This document shows positions 12,072 to 24,865 of a DNA stretch of 64,000 bases, in pieces. Position 1 is the stretch's first letter. Every line of letters starts with the position of its first letter. A program made the position numbers and the translations under genes. The notes under the pieces were generated by a model that searched no databases, was not told where the DNA came from, and was given only the letters and a program-made list of their open reading frames with translations. Source of the DNA: Macrostomum hystrix (Eukaryota; Animalia; Platyhelminthes); NCBI GenBank assembly GCA_950097015.1, contig CATNEN010000010.1, positions 992,001 to 1,056,000 on the forward strand. The letters run 5' to 3'.

Positions 12072-15000
12072 TCAGGCCTTCACCTTGCCGCTGGGGTCGC
12101 CCAGCGGCGGTGGTCCACCCACCGCGGAATCGCCGACCGAGCCGGACGCGGCGCCATCACCATCGTCGTCGCTATCTTCTTGAGTCAACGGCTGGAAGCC
12201 CTCTCGGTCACGAATTCCGCCGCCACCGACGGCGCCTAGAAGCGATTTCCGGTTGTGGCCATTTTTCTGGCGCAACTTCAGCAAGGCGACGGCCAGCACT
12301 AGGGCGGCTAGCGGCAGCAGCAGCAACAGGCCGATCAGTAGCGAGGCCTGGGAGTCGCGAACCAGCACCAGCGAATGCTCGTGCACCGTTCGCTGGCCCG
12401 CGAACCGGTCGGGCGAGTTAGCCTGGGCAGTCAGGCCGGACACGGAGAACTTCCACAGCCGGCCAGGCGACTGCGGCAAGAAAGAGAGAGAGAGTAGAAA
12501 AAATGTGAGAAATATGCACAGAGCAAAATACTCGTAGCTCCAGGCTTACTTGAATTTCGGCCACCAGCAGGGCTGCGCCACCGGCTGTCACAGTCATCGC
12601 ATGCGGCCTGGTGAAGCTGCCCCAGGCTTGGCGAACGGCCCCCGTGACCGGGTCGACAGTCAGGCCCCGGCCGCTGCCGCTGACTGCGTACAGCTGCCCG
12701 GCAGCCGGCGAAAAAGCCACCGCATAGACCGAGTCGCCGAACTCCTTTGAAGCGAATTGCCGCTCGGACCGGCCGGTGTCCCAGTTCCAGCACTCCACTC
12801 GGGCACGCTCCCTGTCCGCCACGCAGACCAGCCGGTCCGCCTCGATCAGAGCCAGGCTGTGCGGCACCACGAGGGCCCCGTCGGCGCTTTGAAATTCGCG
12901 CTTGTAGGCGCCGTCAGCGCCGAGCATCACCACCCGGTGGTTGCAGTAGCCGTCGGCGACAAAAGCGTCGCCAGCGGCGTTGGTGACGACGTCGGCCGGC
13001 TGGCAGAAGCCGCGCCGATCTTCAGCCGGTGTCAGACGGACTCCAACGGCTAGCAGCTGCTTGTGATCCGGCGAGAATTTCAGCACCTGGTCGAGGGGAA
13101 GCGGAGAGAAAGGCACCAGGTAACTCGTGAGAGCAGAATTAGAGCAGAGCCGAGAGGCTTACCTGGTGCAGTCCAACGTCGGTGATCCAAAAGTTGCCAG
13201 CGGCATCGATGTGCAGGCTGTGCGGCATGTAGAATATCCCGCGGCCCCAGCCGGAGACGACGCCGCCGCCTGCGTTCAGCTCCAGCACCGTGTCCTCGGC
13301 GATGGGACCCTCGCGCTGCAGAGCGTCAGACAGGCGATTGTCCGACCCGAAGGTGCCGGGGCCCCAGATCCGCTGGCCGCGATGGAACACAAAAACTCGA
13401 CCGTCAGGCCCGCTGTCGACTCCGCTAACCTGTTGGCGAAGGCCGGGTTGGTCGACACTGACATCCGTGTCACACAGAATCTCTCGTCAGACACCCTAGT
13501 CATAGGACAGACACCCCAGTCACAGGACAGACACCCCAGTCACAGGACAGACACCCCAGTCTCAGGACAGACACCCCAGTCTCAGGACAGACACCCCAGT
13601 CACAGGAAAGACACCCCAGTCACAGGACAGACACCCCAGTCACAGGACAGACACCCCAGTCTCAGGACAGACACCCCAGTCACAGGACAGACACCTCAGT
13701 TTCAGGAGAGACACCCCAGTCACAGGACAGACACCCCAGTCTCAGGACAGACACACCAGTCACAGGACAGACACCCCAGTCACAGGACAGACACCTCAGT
13801 TTCAGGAGAGACACCTCAGTTTCAGGAGAGACACCTCAGTTTCAGGACAGACAACTCATTTTCAGGAGAGACACCTCAGTTTCAGGAGAGACACCTCAGT
13901 TTCAGGACAGACACCTCAGTTTCAGGAGAGACACCTCAGTTTCAGGACATTTCAGGACAGACACCCAGTCCAGTCCAGCTGCCGGCTCGCACCTGTCCGA
14001 GCTTGCGGTCGCCGAGTCTCGGCCAGTCGGGCACGGCCGTGACGGTGTGCGCAACCGCTGGCGGAGGTGGATGCGGAACGCCCTTTCGCGGCGCCGAGGC
14101 AGACGGCGCAGAGGCGTAGGCGAATGCGTCTAGCGGCATCTCGTTAGGCAGGTAATCGAGTGAGTCCTGCGGTATCTTGCGCCACAATCGGCGGGCCTCC
14201 TCCGTGGCTTCGACTCCGCCGCTGCCGCAGCTGGCAACGTCGCCGAGTTTGGCAGCGGCCGGAGTGGCGAACATTATGTAAAAGTTGCACATCTCGTCGT
14301 GATGAGTGGACCCGATTTTGTGCGCCTGAGTCTCACCTGTGGCGTCGTAGACGCACCTAGCAGCCAGGAAGTCGCCGTTTCTGACGGTGATGCCCGAGCG
14401 GGTCGGGTAGAACGCCTGCGCCCATTGTGGACTGGCGCGGCCGATCTCCTGCACATCCTGCAGGTCGGCGCTCAGCCGGTAGCCGACGATGGCGCGGCTC
14501 AGCGAGTGCGCGTGCGTGCGGAAGGCGAACGGGCGAATCTCGGCGCTGCCGGAGAACCTGGTGGGCGCCGGGTTTTCGGGTAGGAGGTCGGGGGGTTTTC
14601 AGGCCAGGACCAAGCTGAGGCCACGAACAATAGGCTAGGGTGGGTGCAGAAATTTCTATGGACTTTTTGTTAATCCGATATAACGTTAAATTATTTCAAT
14701 TCGATAAGCATCATAGGGTTGCTGTGTTTTCCCGTCATGCTTTAGCCGGAAGCGACAATAAGCAACAGATATGAGGGGGAGAAAAAATGCACTACAATTG
14801 TTTATTGACTTATAGCATTTCAGATTTACAGGCCATTTCCAGTTATGCGCAGCTGAGCAGCGGGCCACGAGAAGGCGACAGACACGAGAAGGAAGAAGTG
14901 AAGCAGGAGTGTGTGTTTGTGGGGGGAGTGGGAAGACTGGGCCAGTTGGCATTGGGATATTGGGAAGTCTTTCCATTCCTTTCCTGTCTCTCTTTCTTCC

Positions 15001-18000
15001 TCAAATTTCTTTACCTCGGAAGCGGGTGAAATGCGGCGCACCAAGTACTAAAAGCGACGAGAGCTGACGGCAGGGATAAGCACCGCGGAGATGAAGGAAG
15101 CCACGTGACCCCCTCCCCTTGGAGTCTGCATGGTGAGAAAATATGAGCATTTGGGGCGGCAGCGGAGGCAGGGGAGGTGGGTGATGAGATGCCGGGTAGG
15201 CAGCCAGGCAGGAGTGCAGCGCGTACGTGCCACTGTGTTGATGGCCCAGTGCCGGACTAGGCTGTAGCTGGACTCAAACTTGGCCCGATTGCAGCATGAA
15301 TGTGTGTGTGTGTATGTGTGTGTATTCAGCAGTCATTACAGACTCGCCAAGCAGTCTAAGCACAATAACTGCACGAAGCTTTCCCCACACTTATTTAGAC
15401 CCTTCAGGACAGCGTTTTCAGGACATAATATATGCATTCTGTGTCGGCGCATTTTTATGACAGTTTACTCGGTTGAGACAGCATGTCAAAGCTGTGAAAC
15501 TGGTACCCACTGTGTGGCAAAACACTCATGGGACTGGAATGAGTGATTGTAAAATCCCCAAATCCAAGGGAATCCAAGGCTATAAAATGGGATGTCCACA
15601 TCTGGTCTAGGGAATGGGATATCCACATCTAGTCTAGGGAATGGGATTTCACCATCTAGTCTAGGGAATGGGATATCACCATCTAGTCAAGGGAATGGGA
15701 TATCCACATCTGGTCTAGGGAATGGGATTTCACCATCTAGTCTAGGGAATGGGATATCCCCATCTAGTCAAGGGAATGGGATATCCAAATCTAGTCCAGG
15801 GAATGGGATATCCACATCTGGTCTAGGGAATGGGATATCCACATCTGGTCTAGGGAATGGGATATCACCATCTAGTCAAGGGAATGGGATATCCACATCT
15901 GGTCTAGGGAATGGGATATCACCATCTAGTCAAGGGAATGGGATATCCCCATCTAGTCAAGGGAATGGGATATCCACATCTAGTCAAGGGAATGGGATAT
16001 CCACATCTGGTCTAGGGAATCGGATATCCCCATTTAGTCAAGGGAATGGGATATCCACATCTAGTCAAGGGAATGGGATATCCACATCTGGTCTAGGGAA
16101 TGGGATATCCACATCTGGTCTAGGGAATGGGATATCACCATCTAGTCAAGGGAATGGGATATCCACATCTGGTCTAGGGAATGGGATATCCACATAGTCT
16201 AGGGAATGGGATATCCACATCTGGTCTAGGGAATGGGATATCCACATCTGGTCTAGGGAATGGGATATCACCATCTAGTCAAGGGAATGGGATTTCACCA
16301 TCTAGTCAAGGGAATGGGATATCCACATCTGGTCTAGGGAATGGGATATCCACATCTGGTCTAGGGAATGGGATATCACCATCTAGTCAAGGGAATGGGA
16401 TATCCACATCTGGTCTAGGGAATGGGATATCACCATCTAGTCAAGGGAATGGGATATCCACATCTGGTCTAGGGAATGGGATATCACCATCTAGTCAAGG
16501 GAATGGGATATCCACATCTGGTCTAGGGAATGGGATATCACCATCTAGTCAAGGGAATGGGATATCCCCATCTAGTCAAGGGAATGGGATATCCACATCT
16601 AGTCAAGGGAATGGGATATCCACATCTGGTCTAGGGAATCGGATATCCCCATTTAGTCAAGGGAATGGGATATCCACATCTAGTCAAGGGAATGGGATAT
16701 CCACATCTGGTCTAGGGAATGGGATATCCACATCTGGTCTAGGGAATGGGATATCACCATCTAGTCAAGGGAATGGGATATCCACATCTGGTCTAGGGAA
16801 TGGGATATCCACATAGTCTAGGGAATGGGATATCCACATCTGGTCTAGGGAATGGGATATCCACATCTGGTCTAGGGAATGGGATATCACCATCTAGTCA
16901 AGGGAATGGGATTTCACCATCTAGTCAAGGGAATGGGATATCCACATCTGGTCTAGGGAATGGGATATCCACATCTGGTCTAGGGAATGGGATATCACCA
17001 TCTAGTCAAGGGAATGGGATATCCACATCTGGTCTAGGGAATGGGATATCACCATCTAGTCAAGGGAATGGGATATCCACATCTGGTCTAGGGAATGGGA
17101 TATCACCATCTAGTCAAGGGAATGGGATATCCACATCTGGTCTAGGGAATGGGATATCCACATATAGTCTAGGGAATGGGATATCCACATCTAGTCTAGG
17201 GAATGGGATATCCACACTTATTCTAGGGAGTGGTAAGTCCGTAGAGAATGCGGACTTATACTCAAGTACTCAAATTTTGGGAATTATTGATCCATAGGTA
17301 TCCAAAACAACTAGCCATATAACAGTGCCATGCCAGAACCAACCATTCTCTTCCCTATGAAGCCCAGCAGTCTCAACAGGCCGCCTAGGCTTGGCAGCAG
17401 CAGCGCAGAAGGGTGTAGGGGTGACGACTGACAGACAGGCAGTCCTGCTGGCATGAATTTCCCACGAACGGTTGGTTTTCTTGCTGAAAAGCATTTCTCA
17501 TCCACCTGTTTAAACATCTCTGCATCCCCATTAAGCGGCAGTTTTATGTTTATAGCCCAGCTATTTATGACTAGCAATAGGACAAGCCGCAGTATAATGA
17601 TTGAGCCCCTTCTGCTAAAAACTGAAACTGGGTTTAGGCATTAACATATTCCACCAAACAGTGGTATCTACACGAGGGACCTCCCACCGGTACTTTCACA
17701 ATGCCGTTTTCCCTTCCCACCGGTCCTTCCACAATGCAGCTCCCCCCCTTCAACAATGCCGCTCTCCCCCTTCAACAATGCCGCTCTCCCCTTCAACAAT
17801 GCCGCTCTCCTCCTTTAACAATGCCGCTCTCCCCATCCACAATGCCGCTCTCCCCCTTCAACAATGCCACTCTCCCCCTTCAACAATGTCGCTCTCCCCC
17901 TTCAACAATGCCGCTCTCCCCCTTCAACAATGGCGCTCTCCCCCCTTCATTAATGCCGCTCTCCCCCATCCACAATGCCGCTCTCCCCCTCCCACCCGTC

Positions 18001-18650
18001 GTGGGCGTAGTAGAGTAGCCTGCAAAAAGCCCGGCAGCTCACTTGCAGGAGACGTCGAGAGTGGCATGCTGGGCACCGGCCGGAATGGTGCCACTGTAGG
18101 CCAGCATGAGGAAGATTCCGGCGTTGAAGGGCTGCGGCCTGCTGGTCAGTCGCAGTTCAACGGCGGAGCGGTCCGGCTCGTTGCGGCTGTGTAGGTAATG
18201 CACCTGGATGACAATGTACTTTATGTTGCTGCCGCCGCCAATGACGAAGCCGGTGTCAGCTGGCAGGCGCAGCTCTGGCGCATTCCTGGCCCAAGCGTAG
18301 ACAATCTTGGCGCTGCCCTCGGCGCAGATGCTGCCGCAGCTGGCGACTCGGCCGGGCTCGCTGAATGGCCGCTGGCAGCCATAGAGCAGCACGTGGTGCG
18401 CCACGGACATGTCCGACAGGGCCTGGAACCCGACGATGTAAAGCTCCTTGCCGCCATTGTCCGGCACTTTAGTTGAAGCGCACAGGTAGGAATCGTCCTG
18501 GGTTGGCACCGCGCCTGGCATCTCCACTTTGAGCACTTGCTGCTGCTGCTGCCCAGCTGTATCAGCGGGCGCAGACCAGGCTGTGCAAGACAGCAGGAGC
18601 AGAAAGCAAATCACAAATGGCTGCCTCTGGCTGCCTGTACCAGCAGCCAT
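12072..18650 (-). CDS. PAM: Bifunctional peptidylglycine alpha-amidating monooxygenase (PHM+PAL+TM), ~791 aa. Exons 18650-18043, 14557-13993, 13429-13163, 13086-12550, 12470-12072
   Basis: Signal peptide; PHM copper motifs HHVLLY, QVHY, HAH and EMC; PAL NHL-repeat motifs DGYCN, VPHSL and ADRE; TM helix LLIGLLLLLPLAALVLAVALL; acidic tail EGFQPLTQEDSDDD. Junction phases are consistent. Confidence 0.92.
13495..13968. repeat. 20-bp minisatellite filling PAM intron 2
   Basis: CAGGACAGACACCCCAGTCA variants. Confidence 0.9.
15587..17218. repeat. 27-bp minisatellite in PAM intron 1, ~60 copies
   Basis: GGGAATGGGATATCCACATCTGGTCTA variants with a higher-order block duplication. Confidence 0.95.
17730..17992. 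repeat. 22-bp minisatellite in PAM intron 1
   Basis: CAATGCCGCTCTCCCCCTTCAA variants. Confidence 0.85.
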
Positions 18651-19921
18651 TTTTCTGAATGCAGGAGTTGCGTAACTCGTTTTTAAATCTAAAGCTACTA
18701 CAAAAAGCTCTAATTCATTTTAACCTGCATCTTAAAATCTTTTATTTTATTGAAACAGCTAAGGCAAAAAGCTTTTTTTGATTGAAATTGAAATTACTTT
18801 GCTCTCAAAATGTTATACTAGAACAAAGTCAAAGTTTTAAAAAACATCTTTACAAAACTATAGAGCCAGGCCTGAAGGAAATTAAATATTAAAATTTAAT
18901 ATTTTTCCCAAAAAGAGAGCTAGTTTTCTAACATACAGATACTTGTATATGTGAATTAAAAATAATGTTGCATTAACAGCAAAATAATATTATAAAGAAT
19001 ACTGAGATTGGTATTGGTGTAATTTTTATAAAGCCCAATAGAAAGGAATATTTTTAAGTAAAAACTTTTCTTACAATTTTCGTATAAAACTTAAAAAGTG
19101 ATTTTCAGATTAAATATGCACAAAAAGATTTATTTATTAAAACCATTCATGATAAAAAATTCAATCTCAAAATATTCTAGGATCCAAAAATAAAATAACC
19201 TAAGACAGAGACATTTCTAACACAAATGTTAGAAATGAGAGAGATCTAAAGATTTAAGCTTAGCTTAATGATGTAATGGAAGAAGAAAACCAATTTCATG
19301 AGCAACATTGCGAAAAAATTATTTGTTTTAGAAACTGATAATCTATGCAAAAACATGTAAGTCAAGCTGCTTATTGTTTTTTAGACTTTATCAGTGGTGG
19401 TTGAAAGTTAAAAGTAACATTTTAAATACAAATATTGTGGGCTATTATGCTACCGTCCTTAAGTACTTATTATACTTATTTTTTACTAGGACTAATTATA
19501 TATTTTTACTACAATTATACCAAATACTATAATATGATACTACCGTTATCAAGAATACACCTTTTACTACTAGAAAGAACAGTCAACAGCGCACTGCATA
19601 ATCATATTTACGAATAATTTTATTAAAACACATGATTTAGACCAAGTTAAACTTACGCTTCATTACTTTACTATGTTATAATAAACAAAGCAGTAGAAAC
19701 TTATATATTTTTAACATAAGTCTCATAAATATAGTATATCATAAATATAAATAAATATATTTCTGAATCTTGTTGAATCTAAAATACTCGGTATTTTATC
19801 TTTCGGAAATCGTTACTGTAAACATTTTTCTTGAACATCACGGAGCTTAATTCGTGTGATGTGGCTTTACCATAGATATCAGCAACGTTTTGTGCGTTTT
19901 AGCTACAATAATACATTGTAG

Positions 19922-20059
19922 TTAGCCTAGACGCGTGTTGAAACGAGGTTGAAACTAACGGCAGCCCGCCCTCTGCTGTTGCCTATGGTCGAATTCCATA
20001 TATATGCACAGCGGGCGGGCTGCCATTAGTTTCAACCTCGTTTCAACACGCTAGGCTAA
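19922..20059. mobile_element. MITE-like foldback element
   Basis: ~50-bp near-perfect inverted arms (TTAGCCTAG..GTGTTGAAACGAGGTTGAAACTAACGGCAGCCCGCC and its reverse complement) around a ~38-nt loop; TA flanks possible. Confidence 0.65.
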
Positions 20060-20335
20060 TTATAACACTAATATGGATAGGCTGCTCGGGCTGAAACGAG
20101 GTGAAATGCCTCGGCGCGTCAATATTGGTATATCGGCCTGACTTTTGGGGCCAAAATGAAATCGTCTATGGCGATGAATATCAGCCCGCCCGATGGTACA
20201 ATCATGTCATGCCCATAGTCATGGTACAATTGCAGTCGCATGGTAAAACGCAAATTAAATAAAAGAATAACAATTCGCTTATCGATCGTCAAATATACAT
20301 CTTTGCTTCGATCAGCTCTTGGCGCGGGAAACAGC

Positions 20336-20587
20336 ATGTGTAGCTGTCTGCCTGCACTGATTCTTTTATCTCACGTTTTGCTTGCCCAATCACTATACCT
20401 GTCAGGATCAAGGTATGATAAGCTGGACAAAAATGGAATCGCATCAATACAAAAAGATAATCTGCTTGTAAGAAACAAACGGTTCTATTGTTTTGAAAGA
20501 CATGAGCGCTGTGTAAGCAAAAATCAGTGTTGCAGCCAAAACTGCCTCATGCTGCTGGTCTTTGTCGGAATCTGCATCGCGCACTGA
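20336..20587 (+). CDS. Secreted knottin (ICK)/conotoxin-like prepropeptide, 83 aa
   Basis: Hydrophobic signal MCSCLPALILLSHVLLAQS, propeptide, RNKR furin site, then a 34-aa mature region with C-X6-C-X5-CC-X3-C-X9-C. Confidence 0.72.
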   Translation: MCSCLPALILLSHVLLAQSLYLSGSRYDKLDKNGIASIQKDNLLVRNKRFYCFERHERCVSKNQCCSQNCLMLLVFVGICIAH

Positions 20588-21569
20588 TATTGTTTTTGAC
20601 CATTATTTCGCTTTTTAGTATTAAGTAACATGCTCTGTTATCTTAGCTTAGTACTTTCGCTATCGCTTTTCTTTTATTTGACGTGAAATCCGCAGAAATT
20701 TGATTTCTGCACTGTCAAAAACTAGAATAGTATTTTTATGTCCTGGCCAATATTAATAACAAGATAGACAGCATCTTTAAATAAAAAATGAACAGCTAGG
20801 CATGTTTCTAGTTGGAAGATCAGATGCGGATGCAGGAAGTTGGACTGTGCAAAATATAAAAGTCCTCCATGCATGCAACTTTATGCAATTATTTCGAATG
20901 TGCAATTGTTCAGAGAGAGGTTAATTTTTTCGGAAAGCCAAAAAAGTTGCCTTACAAAAAGGAGTGACAAATTTAATCAGTAAGTTAAATGTTTGTGGCA
21001 GCGTACTCAATTGGTTTTTCATTTGCAGCTCATTATGTGTGCTGTTCGAGTTTTAAACAAGAGAATATAACAGTAAATGGTCCTGTATTAACAAATTAAG
21101 CTGAGGTTATATGGGCTGTAACATCAGATTCAAAGGAGAAAAAGAGCGTCTATAGATATAGGAGTTAAAGTTACAAAGTAGATTTATACTCAGCCAGTCA
21201 CAGCTGCTGCGATCTGAAGATTGAACAGTAAAAATACTTGTAGCAATGGAATTGAGACAGATTAGAATCTTCGGGACTGAACATTGGAGGCAGTGATAGA
21301 ATATTGCTGGAATACGGCTGGAGATCAAATGATGAAATGGATACGGAAGAAGAACAAGGCAAGGGGGTTGAGAACCATGGAAGAGAACATGGGATGGAAA
21401 CAGGAGAACAATGGAAGTGAGGGGAAAATAAGGGAAGGGGTTCGAGAGAACAAGGGGAAGGTTGGGGAGAACAAAGGAGGGGAGAACAGGCGAGGGGTGT
21501 GGGAGTAACGGGGGACAAGAGCGCGATGGGAAGTGCAGAATGGGAGCGAGGCGGGGAGCCTCGTGCGGG

Positions 21570-22948
21570 CTACAGCCCGATGGTGACGCTGTTCTGATGT
21601 CCCAGCGGGGCGGCGCGAAAGGCAAACCCGCCGCTATCATCGTCACTGCCGCCGACGCCGCTGCCGCCTGCGCCGCCGCGGCGGCCAGCACAGTGAAGGC
21701 AGGAGCAGCTGCAGCAGGCGCCGGCGAGCGAGCGGCCCAGCAGGCGGAGGGCGCGGCGGAAGTCGCTGAGGCAGGCGCAGTGCAGAAGGAATCGCCAGCT
21801 GCAGTTGCCCACGGCTGTCCAGAAGGTGAAAAAAATGGCCGCTGGCGGCACGGAGCCGGGAGAGCCGGCGTCGGCCACCTGCAAGGCGGCCCAGACCGTC
21901 CACGTGACCAGTTGGACTGCAGTGGCTGCAAACACGTCCCGGTAGAAGGACTCGCGCGTGTTCTCAAAATTTCCGCCACCGTCGCCGAAGTCGCCAAGTT
22001 CGGCTTCGAAACTCAGGAAGCGGAGGCGTTTCAGGCGAAAGTCCGGCGTCAGCAAGTAGCCATTGGTGACGATAGCGGCAAGCAGGGCGGGCAGCAGAAC
22101 CACGGAGCACACGGCCAGGTGATAGCCCGACTCCTGGGGTGACCAGCGGAATTTCATTGAGTCCTCACCTGCCCCCCAATAGGCTATGACCCTTTTAGGG
22201 TCATTGTGTATGATCCTGTTGGGGTCATTATGTATGATCCTGTTGGGTTCATTGTGTATGATCCTGTTGGGGTCATTATGTATGATCCTGTTGGGTTCAT
22301 TGTGTATGATCCTGTTGGGGTCATCGTGTATGATCCTGTTGGGGTCATAGGCGATCGTCTTGACAAAGAAGCCACATAACCAGACCTCACCTGTCCCCAG
22401 TTCACAAAGCAGGTTCCGGTGGCATTGGAGAACGAGGCGGCAGTGGCCGGGTCGCGGGACACGGCAGTCGGCAGGGCCACCAGCAGGGCGAGGCCGGTCA
22501 GGGCGGCCAGCCAGCAGGCGGAGCGGGTGCGAGACAGCAGCGTCGGGTAGCGGCCGGGCCAACGGAAGGCGGCGAAATGGTCACTGGCAGCGGCCAGCAG
22601 GAGGTAGGCGGCCAGCTGCAGCAGTAGGACGGCAGCATATGCGGCCAGCTCGCAGCCCCAGTGGCCGGACAGTCTGGCCGAGGCGCTGGCCGGGTCAAGG
22701 CTGTCCGCGGCGGCCAGGGGCAGGAGGGCGAGGCCGGTCAGCAGATCGACGGCCGCCTGGGCGGCGAAGAAGACACGATTGGTGTGGCGCAGCGCGGCGC
22801 GGCAGCGCGGCAAGGCAGCGACGGCGAGGACGGCCAAGTTGCCGCCGGTGCTGAGCAGGCACAGCAGCAGCAGGTAGGCGAACTCAACGCCGTTTAAAGG
22901 GCTCGGGAGTGCCATGGAGGGCCGACCGCAGAGTCGGCTGTCCGCCAA
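21570..22948 (-). CDS. Atypical rhodopsin-family (class A) orphan GPCR, ~373 aa. Exons 22948-22391, 22133-21570
   Basis: Seven hydrophobic segments; TM1 GN, TM2 AAVDLL, TM3 Cys (WGCE), ECL2 Cys (TCFVNW), Cys-rich tail. The DRY position reads SDH. Confidence 0.72.
22195..22348. repeat. 24-bp minisatellite in the GPCR intron
   Basis: GTGTATGATCCTGTTGGGGTCATT tandem. Confidence 0.85.
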
Positions 22949-22959
22949 CCTGCAGGTGT

Positions 22960-23180
22960 CAGTCCTTCGGGTGTCTGTCCTTCAGTTGTTTGTGCTTCGG
23001 TTGTCTGTCCTTCGGTTGTCTGTCCTTCGGATGTCTGTCCTTCGGGTGTCTGTCCTTCAGTTGTTTGTGCTTCGGTTGTCTGTCCTTCGGATGTCCGTCT
23101 TTCGGGTGTCTGTCCTTCAGTTGTTTGTGCTTCTGTTGTCTGTCCTTCGGGTGTCTGTCCTTCGGATGTCTGTCCTTCGT
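22960..23180. repeat. 15-bp minisatellite just upstream of the GPCR CDS
   Basis: GTCTGTCCTTCGGGT variants. Confidence 0.85.
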
Positions 23181-24865
23181 GCGTCTTCTCTTTAGGTGTC
23201 TCTCCTTCGGTTGTCTCTTTTTGGCGTCTATCTTTTGGGTGTCACTCCAATTCGGGTCTGTCCCTCTTGTAGTGAATCGAACGGCAGGTGCAGCTTCTGG
23301 GCTAAGGAAATCTGCAGGGATCAGCAATCGCAGCAGCAGAAAAGGCCGGATAAGTCGCGCTGATCGGACGGAATTTTCTGCGGCCCTCCCCACAGCCAGG
23401 GGATCAGCTCCGCACCGCACAGGGCATTTTCACCTCTCTCCAGCTCCTGCTCAAGCGGTGGGCGGTCCGCTGTCTCTCCGTCCGTCTTTCTCAACACCAA
23501 TGCCTGCACCGCCAGCGCAAGCAGCACTGGAGCCAGGGCCGCTCGTACAGGAAGTCAAATATTTAGTCAGGGGGGCACGGATCGGCTGGGGGGACTGGCT
23601 GACCTGCCTGAGTTGAAGGCAGGGAGGTGCGGCGCACTTAGGGAGCGCGTGCTGGGCTTCACTTAGCGAGCGAATCGACCTGCTGCACCTGCCATCACAG
23701 TGCTGGTTGCCATGGCAACGAGAGACAACAACAAAGCAGTCTGTGCATTCTTTGGAGACAAAAAATTATTTTCAATCAAAAGACTTGCAACTAGCATCAG
23801 AGAAAGATTAACTCTCACTGAAATCCATAACTTTCAAATCCCAAGATTTCTACCTTGGGTTTAACCGAAAGTTCCGCAGGTCAAACCTGCTTCGCAAAAA
23901 AACAAATACCTACCGCTTTAGTGTTCTGATTTCACAACAATTGAATTTCCTAGTCACTAAGCTGTTTGCTGTGAGTTTTAAAAAACATTACAAGCTAGAA
24001 TATTTCAGCTTGGATTCGAAAGGATTCGAAAAAAAGTTTTTATCTAGGCATAATGGGCCGATTGTTCTGCTCACTTATTTAGAAATTCCGAAGAGTGTGT
24101 TGGTACAACCAACCGATTTTCAACAATTGAACAAACGAGCAGCCCTATGCTATGCCGCAGGATTGGCAATAATAAGATGACGTCAGTCGTCAACGTAAAG
24201 ATGAGAATGCAGTGCGGACTGAGAACAATCTAATGATATCCTAATTCTAGTGGAATTGTGCCCGACACAATCCTGAAGTTGTGCAACCCAATTAAATCCC
24301 ATTATATTTAGCATCTCCCACACATCAAATATCGCGATCAAGTCCAAGGTCAATAGATTGAACGAAAATTCCTACATGACCCACTTCTTGGGTACCTAAA
24401 TATGAACTGCGCTACAATTTTTACCAGCCGACATGCCCGCGTACTGAGTCCAACCGCATGCAATAATATTACCTGAATATTAGCTTGATAAAACAGTTAT
24501 TTATTAATTACTGTGCTCATTGTGAAATCCCCAATATCTGCTTATATAGGCTTACCTGAACTCATTAATTGCCACAGCAACATTAAACTATAATTCGCAT
24601 CTTTTTCAGAAACCTATAGATGAGAATTTCGCAAATGGAGAGGAAACAAAAATGGGAAAGAGATCAAGAGGCTATGGTCCTGTATGGCCTTCTAAAGACT
24701 GAATAGTCGACTACCTTAGCGAACTCGGACGCATTTATTTATGAAACACAGGGTTTCAGTCGCACTGCAGGTTAATTAAAGAACTTTAGTCTTGTTCGTC
24801 GGCAAATTGTTCTTTATCGAAGAAGAGGGAAAGAGGCTTCCGTCGACTTCGATCGCCTTCTGCAG

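Noticed and set aside
15592-17297. Long repeat-derived ORFs (GNGISTSGL; also 48966, 49859, 52972, 53228)
   Set aside because: They are translations of minisatellites lying inside introns of PAM and GRK.
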